Shown: positions 35,968 through 45,363, counted from the stretch's first letter. The stretch: 64,000 bases of DNA from a virus (IMGVR_UViG_2695420523_000009:12534-76533); one strand, 5' to 3'. A program made the numbers and translations. The notes: generated by a model not told the origin, from the sequence alone.

Positions 35968-36561
35968 ATGATTGCAGCCGAAAAAATCAAACAGCGAAAG
36001 CGCGACAACTCTCTTCGTGACCTCTGGAGAACACCTGACTGGCTGTTTTCTGCCATTCAACGTTATCTTGGAGTGACATTTGATGTTGACGTTGCCTGCA
36101 ACAAGGACAATGCAAAGCTGCCTAATTTCATAGGCGTTGAGCGTGATGCTTTGAAATCTGAATGGGGACAGCCAGGTACAATTGCCTTCCTCAATCCACC
36201 CTACTCCAAAATCTACCCATGGATTGATGCGGCTATACGTGAGCAGGCTCGCGGAGTTACAACAGTGATGCTAATTCCTCAATCCCTAGATACAAAGTGG
36301 TATGAGCGTGCAACAGAGTGTGCGAATGAGACGATTATTCTGTCTGGTGGCCGCGTAGCGTTTGTCGAGCCTGACGTAAATCTGGGTCAGGTAGAAGTAA
36401 ACATCAACCCAGGTGGCAGTATGCTCGTTGTTTTTCGAGGATTCTGTAAGGACGCTGGGCACTCTATAAGCAAGATCCCTTTGGACGTCATGAAAAGTCT
36501 GGGAGGGTATGATCCTGCGAATGTGATCAGGAAAAAAAGACCATCAAAGAAGGCTGCTTAG
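35968..36561 (+). CDS. DNA N6-adenine methyltransferase (phage Dam-like, orphan)
   Basis: FLNPPYS catalytic motif (NPPY); about 197 aa, typical size of phage orphan Dam-family MTases. Confidence 0.75.
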   Translation: MIAAEKIKQRKRDNSLRDLWRTPDWLFSAIQRYLGVTFDVDVACNKDNAKLPNFIGVERDALKSEWGQPGTIAFLNPPYSKIYPWIDAAIREQARGVTTVMLIPQSLDTKWYERATECANETIILSGGRVAFVEPDVNLGQVEVNINPGGSMLVVFRGFCKDAGHSISKIPLDVMKSLGGYDPANVIRKKRPSKKAA

Positions 36562-36746
36562 TTTGTTCTGGCGTCTGTAATTAGCCTGCTTCTGTATATA
36601 TAAATAACTACATATTAATTATTAATATACGGAAGCAGGCTGTTTTGTATCAGAGACTCCAGACCTGAACATCACTACAGAATCCACTAGAACCCCTTCC
36701 CAGACGCTTTAAAATCGATTTTATGAACCACTTTAAGGAAACCAAC

Positions 36747-36977
36747 ATGTCATACCCGACTAATGTCGTTGCGCTCGTAGAGAGCGATTTTCTGGCCCAG
36801 GCTCGTGAAATGATGAAAGATCGTGAGCAGGCTTTCAACTTGTACGAATGGGCAATTAAGTGCTTGCATCTTGGCGAGCATCGCGAACTTGTTGAACAGC
36901 TTTTAGGTGAGTTGATCAATGAGGTGTTTGCCTTGAATGTTCAACTACATGGTAGAGAAAATAATCAATCACAATGA
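36747..36977 (+). CDS. hypothetical protein
   Basis: 76 aa from ATG 36747 with RBS AAGGAAACC. Confidence 0.45.
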   Translation: MSYPTNVVALVESDFLAQAREMMKDREQAFNLYEWAIKCLHLGEHRELVEQLLGELINEVFALNVQLHGRENNQSQ

Positions 36978-36989
36978 TAGATAAGTACA

Positions 36990-37480
36990 AACTATTCATA
37001 AAGTGAATTGTAAGTGCTAAGATCTGATAGTTTCCAGTCGTAGACTGGAGACTCGACCTGATGGGTGGGGGTAAGCGTCACTGGCGTCAGGTTTAAAAAA
37101 GCTCACTACCAGCGTAGAACTGGTGCCGTTTAGGTGTCGGGGAAGGGGGAACCAAAGTGAGCAGAGACAAGGGTCACTTTATGATTGTCGAGTCTGGGGG
37201 TGTTTCGAGAGGTTGAATCCAGTACTCCCCTTCATAAAGTGTGGGAAGATCTCGGTTCTGGGGTGCTGTCATCCATAACTTCCCAAGTCTAAGCTGGCAG
37301 TAGACTTAGACCATAACTTTTCAGGTTATGAAACGACCAGGTTGGTGAGAGATTTTTATACTCACCTCCCTGGGAGAGTATTACCTGAAAAGACAACCTC
37401 TCACTTCGTTCGAGGTGAACTTCACTCACTTCGTTCGTTCAGTTCAGGTTTATAAAAACCTGTTCTGGGAAGTAATTTGT
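36990..37480. other. ORF-free region, candidate structured non-coding RNA or origin element
   Basis: About 490 bp without ORFs of 60 aa or more on either strand; G-rich blocks (GGGTGGGGGTAAG, CGGGGAAGGGGGAAC), short direct repeats (CACTTCGTTCG x2). Confidence 0.3.
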
Positions 37481-37499
37481 TTATTTTAATAATTATTAA

Positions 37500-37523
37500 C
37501 ACGCACGCGTGTGCGCACGCGCG
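37500..37523. repeat. alternating purine-pyrimidine GC tract (adjacent 8-bp palindromes CACGCGTG and GTGCGCAC)
   Basis: CACGCACGCGTGTGCGCACGCGCG in the rnhA leader; Z-DNA/cruciform-prone. Confidence 0.45.
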
Positions 37524-37560
37524 AGGAAAAATCGGCGCGGCGCTTGATTCAGGAGTTTAT

Positions 37561-38151
37561 ATGACGACGAAGACACCAGCCCGATCGCAAGCAAAAACTC
37601 GCAAAAAAGACAAAAACAAAAATTCTCCCCGCACCAATCCCACAACGCCTGTCGTAGAGTTCAATCCCCAGCTTAAAACCGTGAAAATCTTTAGTGATGG
37701 CTCTTGCCTTAAAAATCCGGGCGGCCCGGGCGGTTACGGTATCGTTCTCCAGTATCGTGGTGAGGAACGCGAGTTCTCAGATGGTTTTCATAGCACCACC
37801 AATAACCGCATGGAGATGATGGGGGCACTTATCGGGCTGGAGCGTTTGAAATATCCATGCAACGTTATTTTGCACTCTGATAGCCAGTATCTGAAAAACG
37901 GCATGACACAGTGGATGAAATGGTGGAAACGCAATGGATGGATGACTTCTGACAAAAAACCGGTAAAGAATGTTGATCTGTGGAAGCGTCTGGATGAGGC
38001 CGCAAGTCGACATAATGTTCGCTGGAAGTGGGTTAAAGGTCACGCCGGGCATCGTGAAAATGAAATATGTGATCGACTCGCGAAGATCGCAGCTTTTTCA
38101 GCAGCAGATATGCCTCACAAGAAAGATATTGGTTTTGTTTATAACAAATAG
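37561..38151 (+). CDS. rnhA: ribonuclease HI
   Basis: [20 protein letters not shown] ... [11 protein letters not shown] ... HSDSQY ... [18 protein letters not shown] near-collinear with E. coli RnhA; basic 40-aa N-terminal extension; start at ATG 37561 (RBS AGGAG). Confidence 0.9.
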   Translation: MTTKTPARSQAKTRKKDKNKNSPRTNPTTPVVEFNPQLKTVKIFSDGSCLKNPGGPGGYGIVLQYRGEEREFSDGFHSTTNNRMEMMGALIGLERLKYPCNVILHSDSQYLKNGMTQWMKWWKRNGWMTSDKKPVKNVDLWKRLDEAASRHNVRWKWVKGHAGHRENEICDRLAKIAAFSAADMPHKKDIGFVYNK

Positions 38152-38252
38152 TAAGTAAGTGTTTACCTATCATTTTAAATCATGTATCTTATCGGCGTCA
38201 GGATGACAATGTGTCGGTAAGACACAGTTCCAGGATGGAACGAGAAAGGCGG

Positions 38253-38290
38253 NNNNNNNNNNNNNNNNNNNNNNNNNNNNNNNNNNNNNN
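38253..38290. other. assembly gap (run of 38 N)
   Basis: Literal N characters in the sequence. Confidence 1.
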
Positions 38291-38325
38291 CCCGCAACTC
38301 TTTCTGACACTGGATGGAGTCCACA

Positions 38326-38819
38326 TGGCACGTCAAACCTATTTCACTTCTGTAACTAAACGTCCTCGTTCTTTACGTCAAATTTTGGCCGAATTATTTA
38401 GCGGTCGTGTTATGTCACGTCTTGATGAACTAGAGACTACCGTTCGGTTGCTGAATGAACGTTTAGATAATCAAGCGTCAGTTGTTGCGAACGTGGGGGC
38501 GATTGTTGCCTCTGGTTCTTCACGCGAAGCGAAAAGTACACGGCCTTTAGTGAAGGAGAAAAACAACAAGGACAGTTCGAATGGAAAATTTTCAAAGAAA
38601 GAGGCTGAAACCAATGGCCTACGTTCTCATTATAGTTTCACTGGCGACGGTAGCCGTTCCAGCCGGCCAGAGCCTTTTGATGCCGGGTTCATCCATCACC
38701 ACACCTCCGTCGACGACAATTACCACCACTCCAGTAGAGCGTCCTGTCACTCTGGATGGGATGACGGTGGATGCGATACCTCAAGTTCATCCGGTTACTC
38801 AGGATCATGCTGTGACTAA
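38326..38819 (+). CDS. hypothetical protein (frame conflict with 38581..38832; uncertain)
   Basis: ORF continuing from the gap-spanning frame; N-terminal part looks coiled-coil-like, C-terminal part is low complexity (Ser/His/Gly/Cys). Confidence 0.3.
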
Positions 38820-38832
38820 GGCGGTTGTATGA
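38581..38832 (+). CDS. hypothetical membrane protein (alternative frame; uncertain)
   Basis: 83 aa with one TM segment; RBS AAGGA; stop overlaps next start (ATGA). Confidence 0.3.
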   Translation: MENFQRKRLKPMAYVLIIVSLATVAVPAGQSLLMPGSSITTPPSTTITTTPVERPVTLDGMTVDAIPQVHPVTQDHAVTKAVV

Positions 38833-39017
38833 ACTGGTTTTCAAATCACTTTGGAAAAATTTGGCTGGCAATTCTTGCCTTCATGGCCGCCGGTTGGGTA
38901 TCGAACATTATAAAACTTGTTTGCTCTGGCGATCTCCAGTTTCAGGCTGGCATGACCTTGGCTCGTGTAGTTGGGATTTTTGTTTTTCCAGTCGGTTCGG
39001 TACTTGGTTATTTCTGA
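38829..39017 (+). CDS. hypothetical small membrane protein
   Basis: 62 aa, two hydrophobic segments, translationally coupled to the upstream ORF. Confidence 0.4.
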   Translation: MNWFSNHFGKIWLAILAFMAAGWVSNIIKLVCSGDLQFQAGMTLARVVGIFVFPVGSVLGYF

Positions 39018-39073
39018 CGGCTGTTAGTGCATATGCATTGACCATCTTTGCGTAAGCAATTTATGAAACTATA

Positions 39074-39089
39074 AAACAACTTGTTTTGA
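39074..39089. promoter_or_regulatory. AAAACAA-N-TTGTTTT palindromic motif
   Basis: AAAACAACTTGTTTTG, 22 bp upstream of the ATG at 39111. Confidence 0.5.
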
Positions 39090-39110
39090 CAAATAACAAA
39101 AGGAAAACAC

Positions 39111-39536
39111 ATGTTAGGTTTCTTCAAAAAGAAAACTCGTAAAGCAGTTATCGAAGTCAAAAAAATGGAGAACCGTGATGCGGTTGAGGCCACCGTGTGG
39201 GGCGCGTACATGATCTCCTATGCCGACGGCACATGTGACGCAAAAGAAATTGCCATTCTTGAGAAGACAATTGCAGCTCTGCCTGCGTTTTCTCCGTTTG
39301 CTGGTGAAATTGCCCAAATGAGCGCCAATATCCGTGCTCGTTACGAAGCGTCCCCTCGTTCTGCGAATGCGCAGGCTATGCGTGAGCTGGCTGATATTGC
39401 GGGCACTCCAGAGGCGGTCGATGTTCTGTGTCTGTGCCTTGATATTGCCGACCAAGACGGTATTGGAGAACAAGAAGAGCAGGCACTGAAAAAGATAGCC
39501 CAGGCGCTTCAGTTGTCACTGGATGCTTATCTCTAA
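39111..39536 (+). CDS. TerB-like domain protein
   Basis: Helical ADG-containing repeats (AYMISYADGTCDAKEIAILEK ... LCLCLDIADQDGIGEQEEQAL) resembling the TerB fold. Confidence 0.55.
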   Translation: MLGFFKKKTRKAVIEVKKMENRDAVEATVWGAYMISYADGTCDAKEIAILEKTIAALPAFSPFAGEIAQMSANIRARYEASPRSANAQAMRELADIAGTPEAVDVLCLCLDIADQDGIGEQEEQALKKIAQALQLSLDAYL

Positions 39537-39694
39537 TGCTTGAGAGATTCCGGCTTGTGATCGTCATTGCTCTTCTGGTGATGGCGGTGTTGGTGGATTT
39601 TACGGGAAAGATGATGTCTGTCATTTCTGATGGCGTCCTCATTGGTTTGGCGATCTACTTCGCTTATCCGTTAGTTCGTAAAGCAAAGTGTTAA
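39536..39694 (+). CDS. hypothetical small membrane protein
   Basis: 52 aa ORF (below ORF-track cutoff), start overlaps TerB-like stop (TAATG); two hydrophobic segments; terminator follows. Confidence 0.4.
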   Translation: MLERFRLVIVIALLVMAVLVDFTGKMMSVISDGVLIGLAIYFAYPLVRKAKC

Positions 39695-39698
39695 TGAC

Positions 39699-39724
39699 AA
39701 GGGCCATTTGGCCCTTGTGTTTCG
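39699..39724 (+). terminator. rho-independent terminator
   Basis: AAGGGCCATTTGGCCCTT hairpin followed by GTGTTT. Confidence 0.6.
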
Positions 39725-39800
39725 TTGACCGAAATAGAGAGTTTGCACCTTTACGTTTAGCTTGCTCCCCTTATATGCCACATCACAATAAAGCCAATAA

Positions 39801-39818
39801 GAAAACAACTTGTTTAAG
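39801..39818. promoter_or_regulatory. GAAAACAA-N-TTGTTT palindromic motif
   Basis: GAAAACAACTTGTTTAAG, 16 bp upstream of the ATG at 39834. Confidence 0.5.
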
Positions 39819-39833
39819 CATTAAGGAAAACAC

Positions 39834-40400
39834 ATGTGCGAGAAATGCAAAGCAATAGCTGATGAACAAAACGCCCTATTCGAAGAAATGGATGCTAATG
39901 AACTTGTCAAAATGTTAGCCATTCTTCGAGGAATAGAAGACGTTTCCATATTTGAGAGACTGTTTACAATACTTAATTTTAATTCCACCTTTGAAGAGCC
40001 AACTCAGATTGTAGCTTTGGCACACCATTTCGGTGTTCATTACCTTGCTGAAAAAGAGAGAGCTGATAAGTTGCAAGCGACTTTGGATATGGTGAGCGAG
40101 ACTCAAGGAACTGATGACGGCAACAAAAGTGAGACGATTATTGCCAGCAAACATCGTGAAATTGCCGGGCTTAAATCCTCTCTAACGATGTTGATGTCTG
40201 CAATCAACCTTATGTCTTCTAAAGCAGGTTATAAAATGCCATCACTAAACAGCGACGATCCGATGGCCGTTCGCCAGCTTTTAGGTGCAATGGCCGACCA
40301 GCTCGACGACACAAAGAGTCGCCTTGAAGACATGATGCGGGAGCTCACGCATCGCCATGACTTGAATAAGCAGCCGCACAAAACGCAATACGCACTCTAA
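39834..40400 (+). CDS. hypothetical protein
   Basis: 188 aa, conserved start context AAGGAAAACACATG. Confidence 0.55.
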   Translation: MCEKCKAIADEQNALFEEMDANELVKMLAILRGIEDVSIFERLFTILNFNSTFEEPTQIVALAHHFGVHYLAEKERADKLQATLDMVSETQGTDDGNKSETIIASKHREIAGLKSSLTMLMSAINLMSSKAGYKMPSLNSDDPMAVRQLLGAMADQLDDTKSRLEDMMRELTHRHDLNKQPHKTQYAL

Positions 40401-40417
40401 TACAGCACCAGTCGACA

Positions 40418-40439
40418 GGGGGCGACAGCCCCCATTTTT
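40418..40439 (+). terminator. rho-independent terminator
   Basis: GGGGGCGACAGCCCCC hairpin followed by ATTTTT. Confidence 0.7.
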
Positions 40440-40541
40440 ACGCCTTAAATCTGCTGTAACGCCTATGAATGCAGCTTTTATGCCTTTTCAAGTTTGCGAT
40501 AATTACACCAATCAGAAAACAAATTATTTAATGGTGTAATT

Positions 40542-42227
40542 ATGAATACAGCCCTTTCCATCATCGACGATGCCAGCTCAAACACGGCTATCGACTATCG
40601 TCAGGAAATGAATGTCATCCACGAAATCGTGGCCGAGTGCGAGAAAGAGATCGCCTTCATGTATCAGGTACACGACTTCGTTTATGGCGACGAACGCCAC
40701 AACATGATTAATCGCCTGCTGAGACTAAACCATCGACCAGATGAAGATCGCTCGCGTTTAAATCGAGGTTGGTTGGATAAAGTCGATCTGGAATGGGTGA
40801 AACAGAATATTTGGGCCGAGTACTGGAGGAAGGTCACGGACATGACTAACGTTTTGCTGATCATGCCAGCTTCCCGTCGAGATGAGTGGCGCGAGCAGTT
40901 TATAGAGGGCAAACAGGAAGTCATCAAAACTGACAGAACCGGCTACCAGATGAAGGTTAAAGAGTTCGTTGGTGTACCGGAGTTCAAAGCAGAAACGGTC
41001 ATACCCACGATGCTTAATTTACTGAATGACAGGCACAAATATCTCTCTGAGCGCGTGTATGGCTTGTTTAAGGCGCTGAGTCCTGCGCACAAGACAAATA
41101 AGACAAACGGTTTCAGCGAGCGGCTGATAATCGCTGACTGCATTTCTGATTTCTGGCGGGACAGCGTTAGCGTGAACTATCGCAAAGAGGACTACATCGA
41201 CGATCTACGTGTCTTGCTTCATTTCTTCGCGCACAAAGAATTTATTACCATCAACCGCACTGCTGAGGTGCTATCAGCTGCGTATAGGGCAAACGACTGC
41301 CAGACCGGTGACTGGATGAACGTCGATGGAAATCTGATGCGCGTGAAGATGTTCAAGAACGGCAACGTTCACTTTGAAATACATCCTGACGTGGCCTGGA
41401 AGTTGAATGAGGTGCTGGCTTACAGTATGCCTGCTGCAATCCCCGCGCCATGCCGAACTGCGCCAAAAACACGGGCACCAAAGCAGTTCGGGTTAATCCA
41501 GAAGACGATCTCCGTGCCGGTTCGCACTGCGCTTCGTGACGGGCGATTGAGCAAAGACAAAGGCGTATGGTACTTCTCTGATTCAGCTCTCCAGAAGTCG
41601 CAGGTGGAAGAGCTTGAGCGCACACTGAGCTTCATTGGCGGCGTGCAGGAGAAAAAGCACTGGCAGTTCCCGTATAACATCGGCCATACGCTAAATACGA
41701 TTGTGGCTACCGGTTTAATACCGGATACAAAATCACACCAGTTCTACCCTACCCCACGCTTGATTGCTGAGTACGTTGCAAGAGCCACTGAATTGAAGCC
41801 TGGTGAGAAGCTGTTGGAGCCTCAAGCCGGACGTGGGGATCTTCTGGCCTATATAAACGCCGATCTGGAAGATGTTACCTGCATAGAAATCGCACCTCTC
41901 TTCGCTGATATCCTGCGTGGAAAAGGGTATACGAACACGATTTGCTGCGACTTCATAAAGTGGTCTGAGGACAACGCAGGTTATCAGTTCGACAAAATCG
42001 TTATGAACCCGCCGTACTCGCTTGGTCGTCATAGAGAGCACACGCTGGCTGCGCTGGGGCATCTGAAAGTCGGCGGGCGTCTTGTAGCAGTATTGCCAGG
42101 CACTGCGCCAATACTGGACTGGATGACGATGGATAATTACGTTTATGCCAGAGGGAAGTCGTTTACCAACGAGTTTGAAGACACAGGGATCACAGTCAGC
42201 GTATACGTTTTCAAACGCGTTAAATGA
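40542..42227 (+). CDS. DNA methyltransferase (N6-adenine type) with about 380-aa N-terminal domain of unknown function
   Basis: C-terminal FYPTP, LEPQAGRGD (SAM-binding motif I-like) and IVMNPPYS (motif IV). Confidence 0.7.
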   Translation: MNTALSIIDDASSNTAIDYRQEMNVIHEIVAECEKEIAFMYQVHDFVYGDERHNMINRLLRLNHRPDEDRSRLNRGWLDKVDLEWVKQNIWAEYWRKVTDMTNVLLIMPASRRDEWREQFIEGKQEVIKTDRTGYQMKVKEFVGVPEFKAETVIPTMLNLLNDRHKYLSERVYGLFKALSPAHKTNKTNGFSERLIIADCISDFWRDSVSVNYRKEDYIDDLRVLLHFFAHKEFITINRTAEVLSAAYRANDCQTGDWMNVDGNLMRVKMFKNGNVHFEIHPDVAWKLNEVLAYSMPAAIPAPCRTAPKTRAPKQFGLIQKTISVPVRTALRDGRLSKDKGVWYFSDSALQKSQVEELERTLSFIGGVQEKKHWQFPYNIGHTLNTIVATGLIPDTKSHQFYPTPRLIAEYVARATELKPGEKLLEPQAGRGDLLAYINADLEDVTCIEIAPLFADILRGKGYTNTICCDFIKWSEDNAGYQFDKIVMNPPYSLGRHREHTLAALGHLKVGGRLVAVLPGTAPILDWMTMDNYVYARGKSFTNEFEDTGITVSVYVFKRVK

Positions 42228-42247
42228 TAGGTAAATACTTACTTAAT
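42227..42247. promoter_or_regulatory. intergenic palindrome (TAGGTA/TACTTA family)
   Basis: GATAGGTAAATACTTACTTAA. Confidence 0.35.
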
Positions 42248-42288
42248 TTGTGTAAGAATTTAGTGACTAAACGATAAGAGAAAAACAC

Positions 42289-42993
42289 ATGAACAACCTC
42301 CAGTTAGAGCATTTTAACGTCACAGGCCATTCTGATTTTCCTTTCAAGTTTACATTGAAAGGTTATGCAGAGGATGCGGTAGGCCAGATCATTATTGATA
42401 AAGGCATCGTTAAGTTTGAGGGGAATTTTGATGAATCCGCGAAAACATTCATAGACTTCGTTGCCAAACGTTGGAGCGAGCAATGGAAAGACATGGAAAA
42501 GCGCGCTAGTGAGTTTGATCGGTTCATGGATGCAATGGATACAGCAAAAGAGGCTCTTGCTGCCGGGACTCCGTTAGATCTTGAGTCACTTTTCAACGGC
42601 GAAGTGGCCTCTGCGATGTTCGCCACCATGTTCGCGGGTGAGTTCGTCCGCAGCGGTGCCAAAAACTACCTTGAGCTGGATTACAACGTCCCTGCAATTG
42701 GCGATTTCGTCGTTACCATCCAACGCAAAGAAGGTAAGACGCCAGGTGAATGCGTCGCAGAGCTTGAGGCCGTTGTGGATCAGCGTAACGGAGAGTGTGA
42801 CCGTTTGATCAACGAGCTTCATGCACTTCGGGAAGAAAGAATATGTGCGGGTAGCAATACACGTAATGCAGCGGATATCTACTTCCAGTTAGTTGAGGAA
42901 TGCCAGATTCCACCAGGTGGCTCTCTTGTCGATTACGTCAGACATTTAATGGCGGAAGTTAACTCCAGCCATAAAGATGGTGAGGTGCGCTGA
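42289..42993 (+). CDS. hypothetical protein
   Basis: 234 aa, start context AGAGAAAAACACATG. Confidence 0.55.
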   Translation: MNNLQLEHFNVTGHSDFPFKFTLKGYAEDAVGQIIIDKGIVKFEGNFDESAKTFIDFVAKRWSEQWKDMEKRASEFDRFMDAMDTAKEALAAGTPLDLESLFNGEVASAMFATMFAGEFVRSGAKNYLELDYNVPAIGDFVVTIQRKEGKTPGECVAELEAVVDQRNGECDRLINELHALREERICAGSNTRNAADIYFQLVEECQIPPGGSLVDYVRHLMAEVNSSHKDGEVR

Positions 42994-43373
42994 TGTTTGG
43001 CATTGACGCACAGCGTATAGCTGCTTTTGCAAAAAGCCCTCTTGATAATCCCTTGTCTCGTAGTGAGCAAATGGAGCTGGCAAGGCTTTTTATTCACATT
43101 CAAAAACAGGCAGACGTTTTCAATAACATGCCTAATCAACCTATTCTGGATGGTCACATCCAGATGGTCATTAACAGTCATGAGAAAGGCTGGGCTGCAA
43201 TCGTCCCCTGCACAATTACATACAGGTTGGCGAAAGAGGTTCAAGAGTTTCGAAAAGCCAGTGTCGAATCGGAGTCTACCAAAGCCGCAATAAACACTCT
43301 TATTCGCATGGGGTTCACATGGACCGGTGGAGCCTACTGGCAAGCACCTCACCCCATTTTATCCGGCAATTAG
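42993..43373 (+). CDS. hypothetical protein
   Basis: 126 aa, start overlaps upstream stop (TGATG). Confidence 0.5.
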   Translation: MFGIDAQRIAAFAKSPLDNPLSRSEQMELARLFIHIQKQADVFNNMPNQPILDGHIQMVINSHEKGWAAIVPCTITYRLAKEVQEFRKASVESESTKAAINTLIRMGFTWTGGAYWQAPHPILSGN

Positions 43374-43511
43374 ACGCTACAAATCCTTCGGCATGAATAA
43401 ATAAAGGCCATAAGTTGTGGCCTTAAATAAATTGTTTTCTACCTTTTCTTATTTGTGAAAATAAACCAGCACTTGGTAGTGCTTATGTAACAGCAAAGAA
43501 GAGAAAAACAC

Positions 43512-44012
43512 ATGAGTAACAAAATCGAAAACCCCGTAGTTCTCATTCACAAGCGTGAGAACCACGACTCCTATGCGGTGGCGATCACCAATGGGAGTCA
43601 CGATTATTACGATGGTCTGCTAATGGCCTCAGTGTCGCCTGATGAGGCAGACAACTCTTTTGCCGTCTTCGCTATGGTTGGTTACTACATGGCTGCCGAA
43701 ATTGAGAAGTTGCGGGCGCAGAGAGACGCATTAGCGGCGGAGAATGCAGCCCTGAAAGAATCTGAGCGAGCATTCGATGAGATGTGTGCCGACGAACACG
43801 GAGATAATTGGGTTAGCGAATTAACGGAGACTCCAGCCACCGATGCTTTTCTGGCTGAAGTACGTGCGCAAGGCGTGGATATGGCTCGTAACGCGATGAT
43901 TGATTTTGTTGATGGTGAAGTTGGGCCAAACAAGAACGTTCCGGGGCTGATTAGAGGCGCAGAGATATGCGTAAGTATTGCTGAACAGCTTCGTAAAGGA
44001 GTCGAAGAGTGA
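43512..44012 (+). CDS. hypothetical protein
   Basis: 166 aa, start context AGAGAAAAACACATG. Confidence 0.55.
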   Translation: MSNKIENPVVLIHKRENHDSYAVAITNGSHDYYDGLLMASVSPDEADNSFAVFAMVGYYMAAEIEKLRAQRDALAAENAALKESERAFDEMCADEHGDNWVSELTETPATDAFLAEVRAQGVDMARNAMIDFVDGEVGPNKNVPGLIRGAEICVSIAEQLRKGVEE

Positions 44013-44230
44013 ATAAAGCAGAGTTATTTCAGAAAATATCGGCTCTCGCGACTGAATGCCACGCTATAGCATCTGAGTTTGATGTTGGCGATGAACGAAC
44101 CGAGATGTTCGAAATATACAGTGTGCTGCGCAATCTCTGTCGGCGTGGCTACGCCACTCAAGTAGGGCGAATGACTAACCCACTACTCTCATCCTGTGAT
44201 GAGGATGACTCGGATGAGGATGACGAATGA
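44009..44230 (+). CDS. hypothetical protein (acidic C-terminus)
   Basis: 73 aa, GTG start overlapping upstream stop. Confidence 0.4.
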   Translation: MNKAELFQKISALATECHAIASEFDVGDERTEMFEIYSVLRNLCRRGYATQVGRMTNPLLSSCDEDDSDEDDE

Positions 44231-44898
44231 TGCATAAATCAGTAGCCGGTGAGTTTCAGAAGGAAGTCGATAATACCACTGATCTATTGGACGATATTTT
44301 AAGCATTCTCGCGCTGCTTGAGGCTGGCGATTGGTCAGAACATTGCACTAAAACAGAGCTAGGCGGTCGGCTTGAAAGAGAGATTACACGACTTATTGGT
44401 GATGCGCAGGAAGCTACAGTCACTAGTTATGAGTTAATCGCTGAAGCCTGGCGTTTGATGGATGGACAAGATCCTAAAACCAGCGATTGGCATAGCAAGG
44501 CTTCGAAGTATTTAAATTCCGATAGGGTAGAAAAAGTTGATGATGTGAAACCGAAGCCAGTAGACCACGGTTTCCGCGATAACTGCGAATGCTCTAGTTG
44601 CCAGACCACGGCCCGTATTTGTTCCGAATTGACAGATAAGTCCAGCCTAATCTACGAAGTTAATGTAGGCGGTAATACATGGGTCGAATGCACAAGAGCT
44701 GCATACGTAAGAGCAAAAGACAAGGGTGAATTAACCAGAGTTGTTGCCCATCACCCAAATAATGAGCTTAAAGATCACCAGATTAGAGAACTGGTGAATG
44801 AGTTGCGGGATATTGCGGTTCAGTACCACGGAACGCAGCAATTGCGGGAGAAAATTGCCAGAGCAGTGAACAACTCAATTAGATCAGAAAGTATGTAG
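44227..44898 (+). CDS. hypothetical protein
   Basis: 223 aa, overlapping start/stop with upstream gene. Confidence 0.5.
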   Translation: MMHKSVAGEFQKEVDNTTDLLDDILSILALLEAGDWSEHCTKTELGGRLEREITRLIGDAQEATVTSYELIAEAWRLMDGQDPKTSDWHSKASKYLNSDRVEKVDDVKPKPVDHGFRDNCECSSCQTTARICSELTDKSSLIYEVNVGGNTWVECTRAAYVRAKDKGELTRVVAHHPNNELKDHQIRELVNELRDIAVQYHGTQQLREKIARAVNNSIRSESM

Positions 44899-45334
44899 TC
44901 AATACAATAAAATGGCCCCATTTGGATGGGGCCGGTAACAACTAGCATTATGGGCGCTGGTTGACGTACTCAATGATCGCTTCGATGATTGCGAACATAG
45001 GCGGCACGATTTTGAAAAGTAAGTTAAGCACTATAGGCCTCACTTAGTTTTATCGCACCTAGCTGCAAATACCTTTGAGCTTGCCTTTGCAGTTGCAATA
45101 TCTGTAGTCGCCAGATACTTACGGCACGATTTCGAGTTAAGGTAAGGTTTTAGAGTCACCAAAAACCTGGACTTAAATCTTCTTTGAGAACAACGATGTT
45201 TGGTAAATGGTCATTATTACCTAGCATGACGGCTCAACGTTTCTTGATGAATCCAGTACATTCGGTTAATCTTAGCTCAGTCGCCAGATACTTATGGCTC
45301 AGGAACAGAGGCGCAAACTCTGTTTCCTTTTAAA

Positions 45335-45363
45335 AAGCCCAGCCTAGTCAACTGGGCTTTTTT
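45335..45363. terminator. bidirectional rho-independent terminator
   Basis: AGCCCAG ... CTGGGCT stem flanked by AAAAA on the left and TTTTTT on the right. Confidence 0.6.

Noticed and set aside
35759-35971. 70-aa ORF across the 35785-35967 spacer
   Set aside because: Spans a clear terminator hairpin (35864-35906) and the palindromic promoter motif at 35938-35957; overlaps both neighbouring genes.
36990-37480. tRNA gene in the ORF-free region
   Set aside because: A GGTTGAATCC segment resembles a T-loop, but I could not fold a convincing acceptor/D/anticodon cloverleaf by eye; needs tRNAscan-SE.
38211-38325. Start of the 202-aa ORF upstream of and across the N-gap
   Set aside because: Translation runs through 38 unknown bases; the real 5' end cannot be determined.
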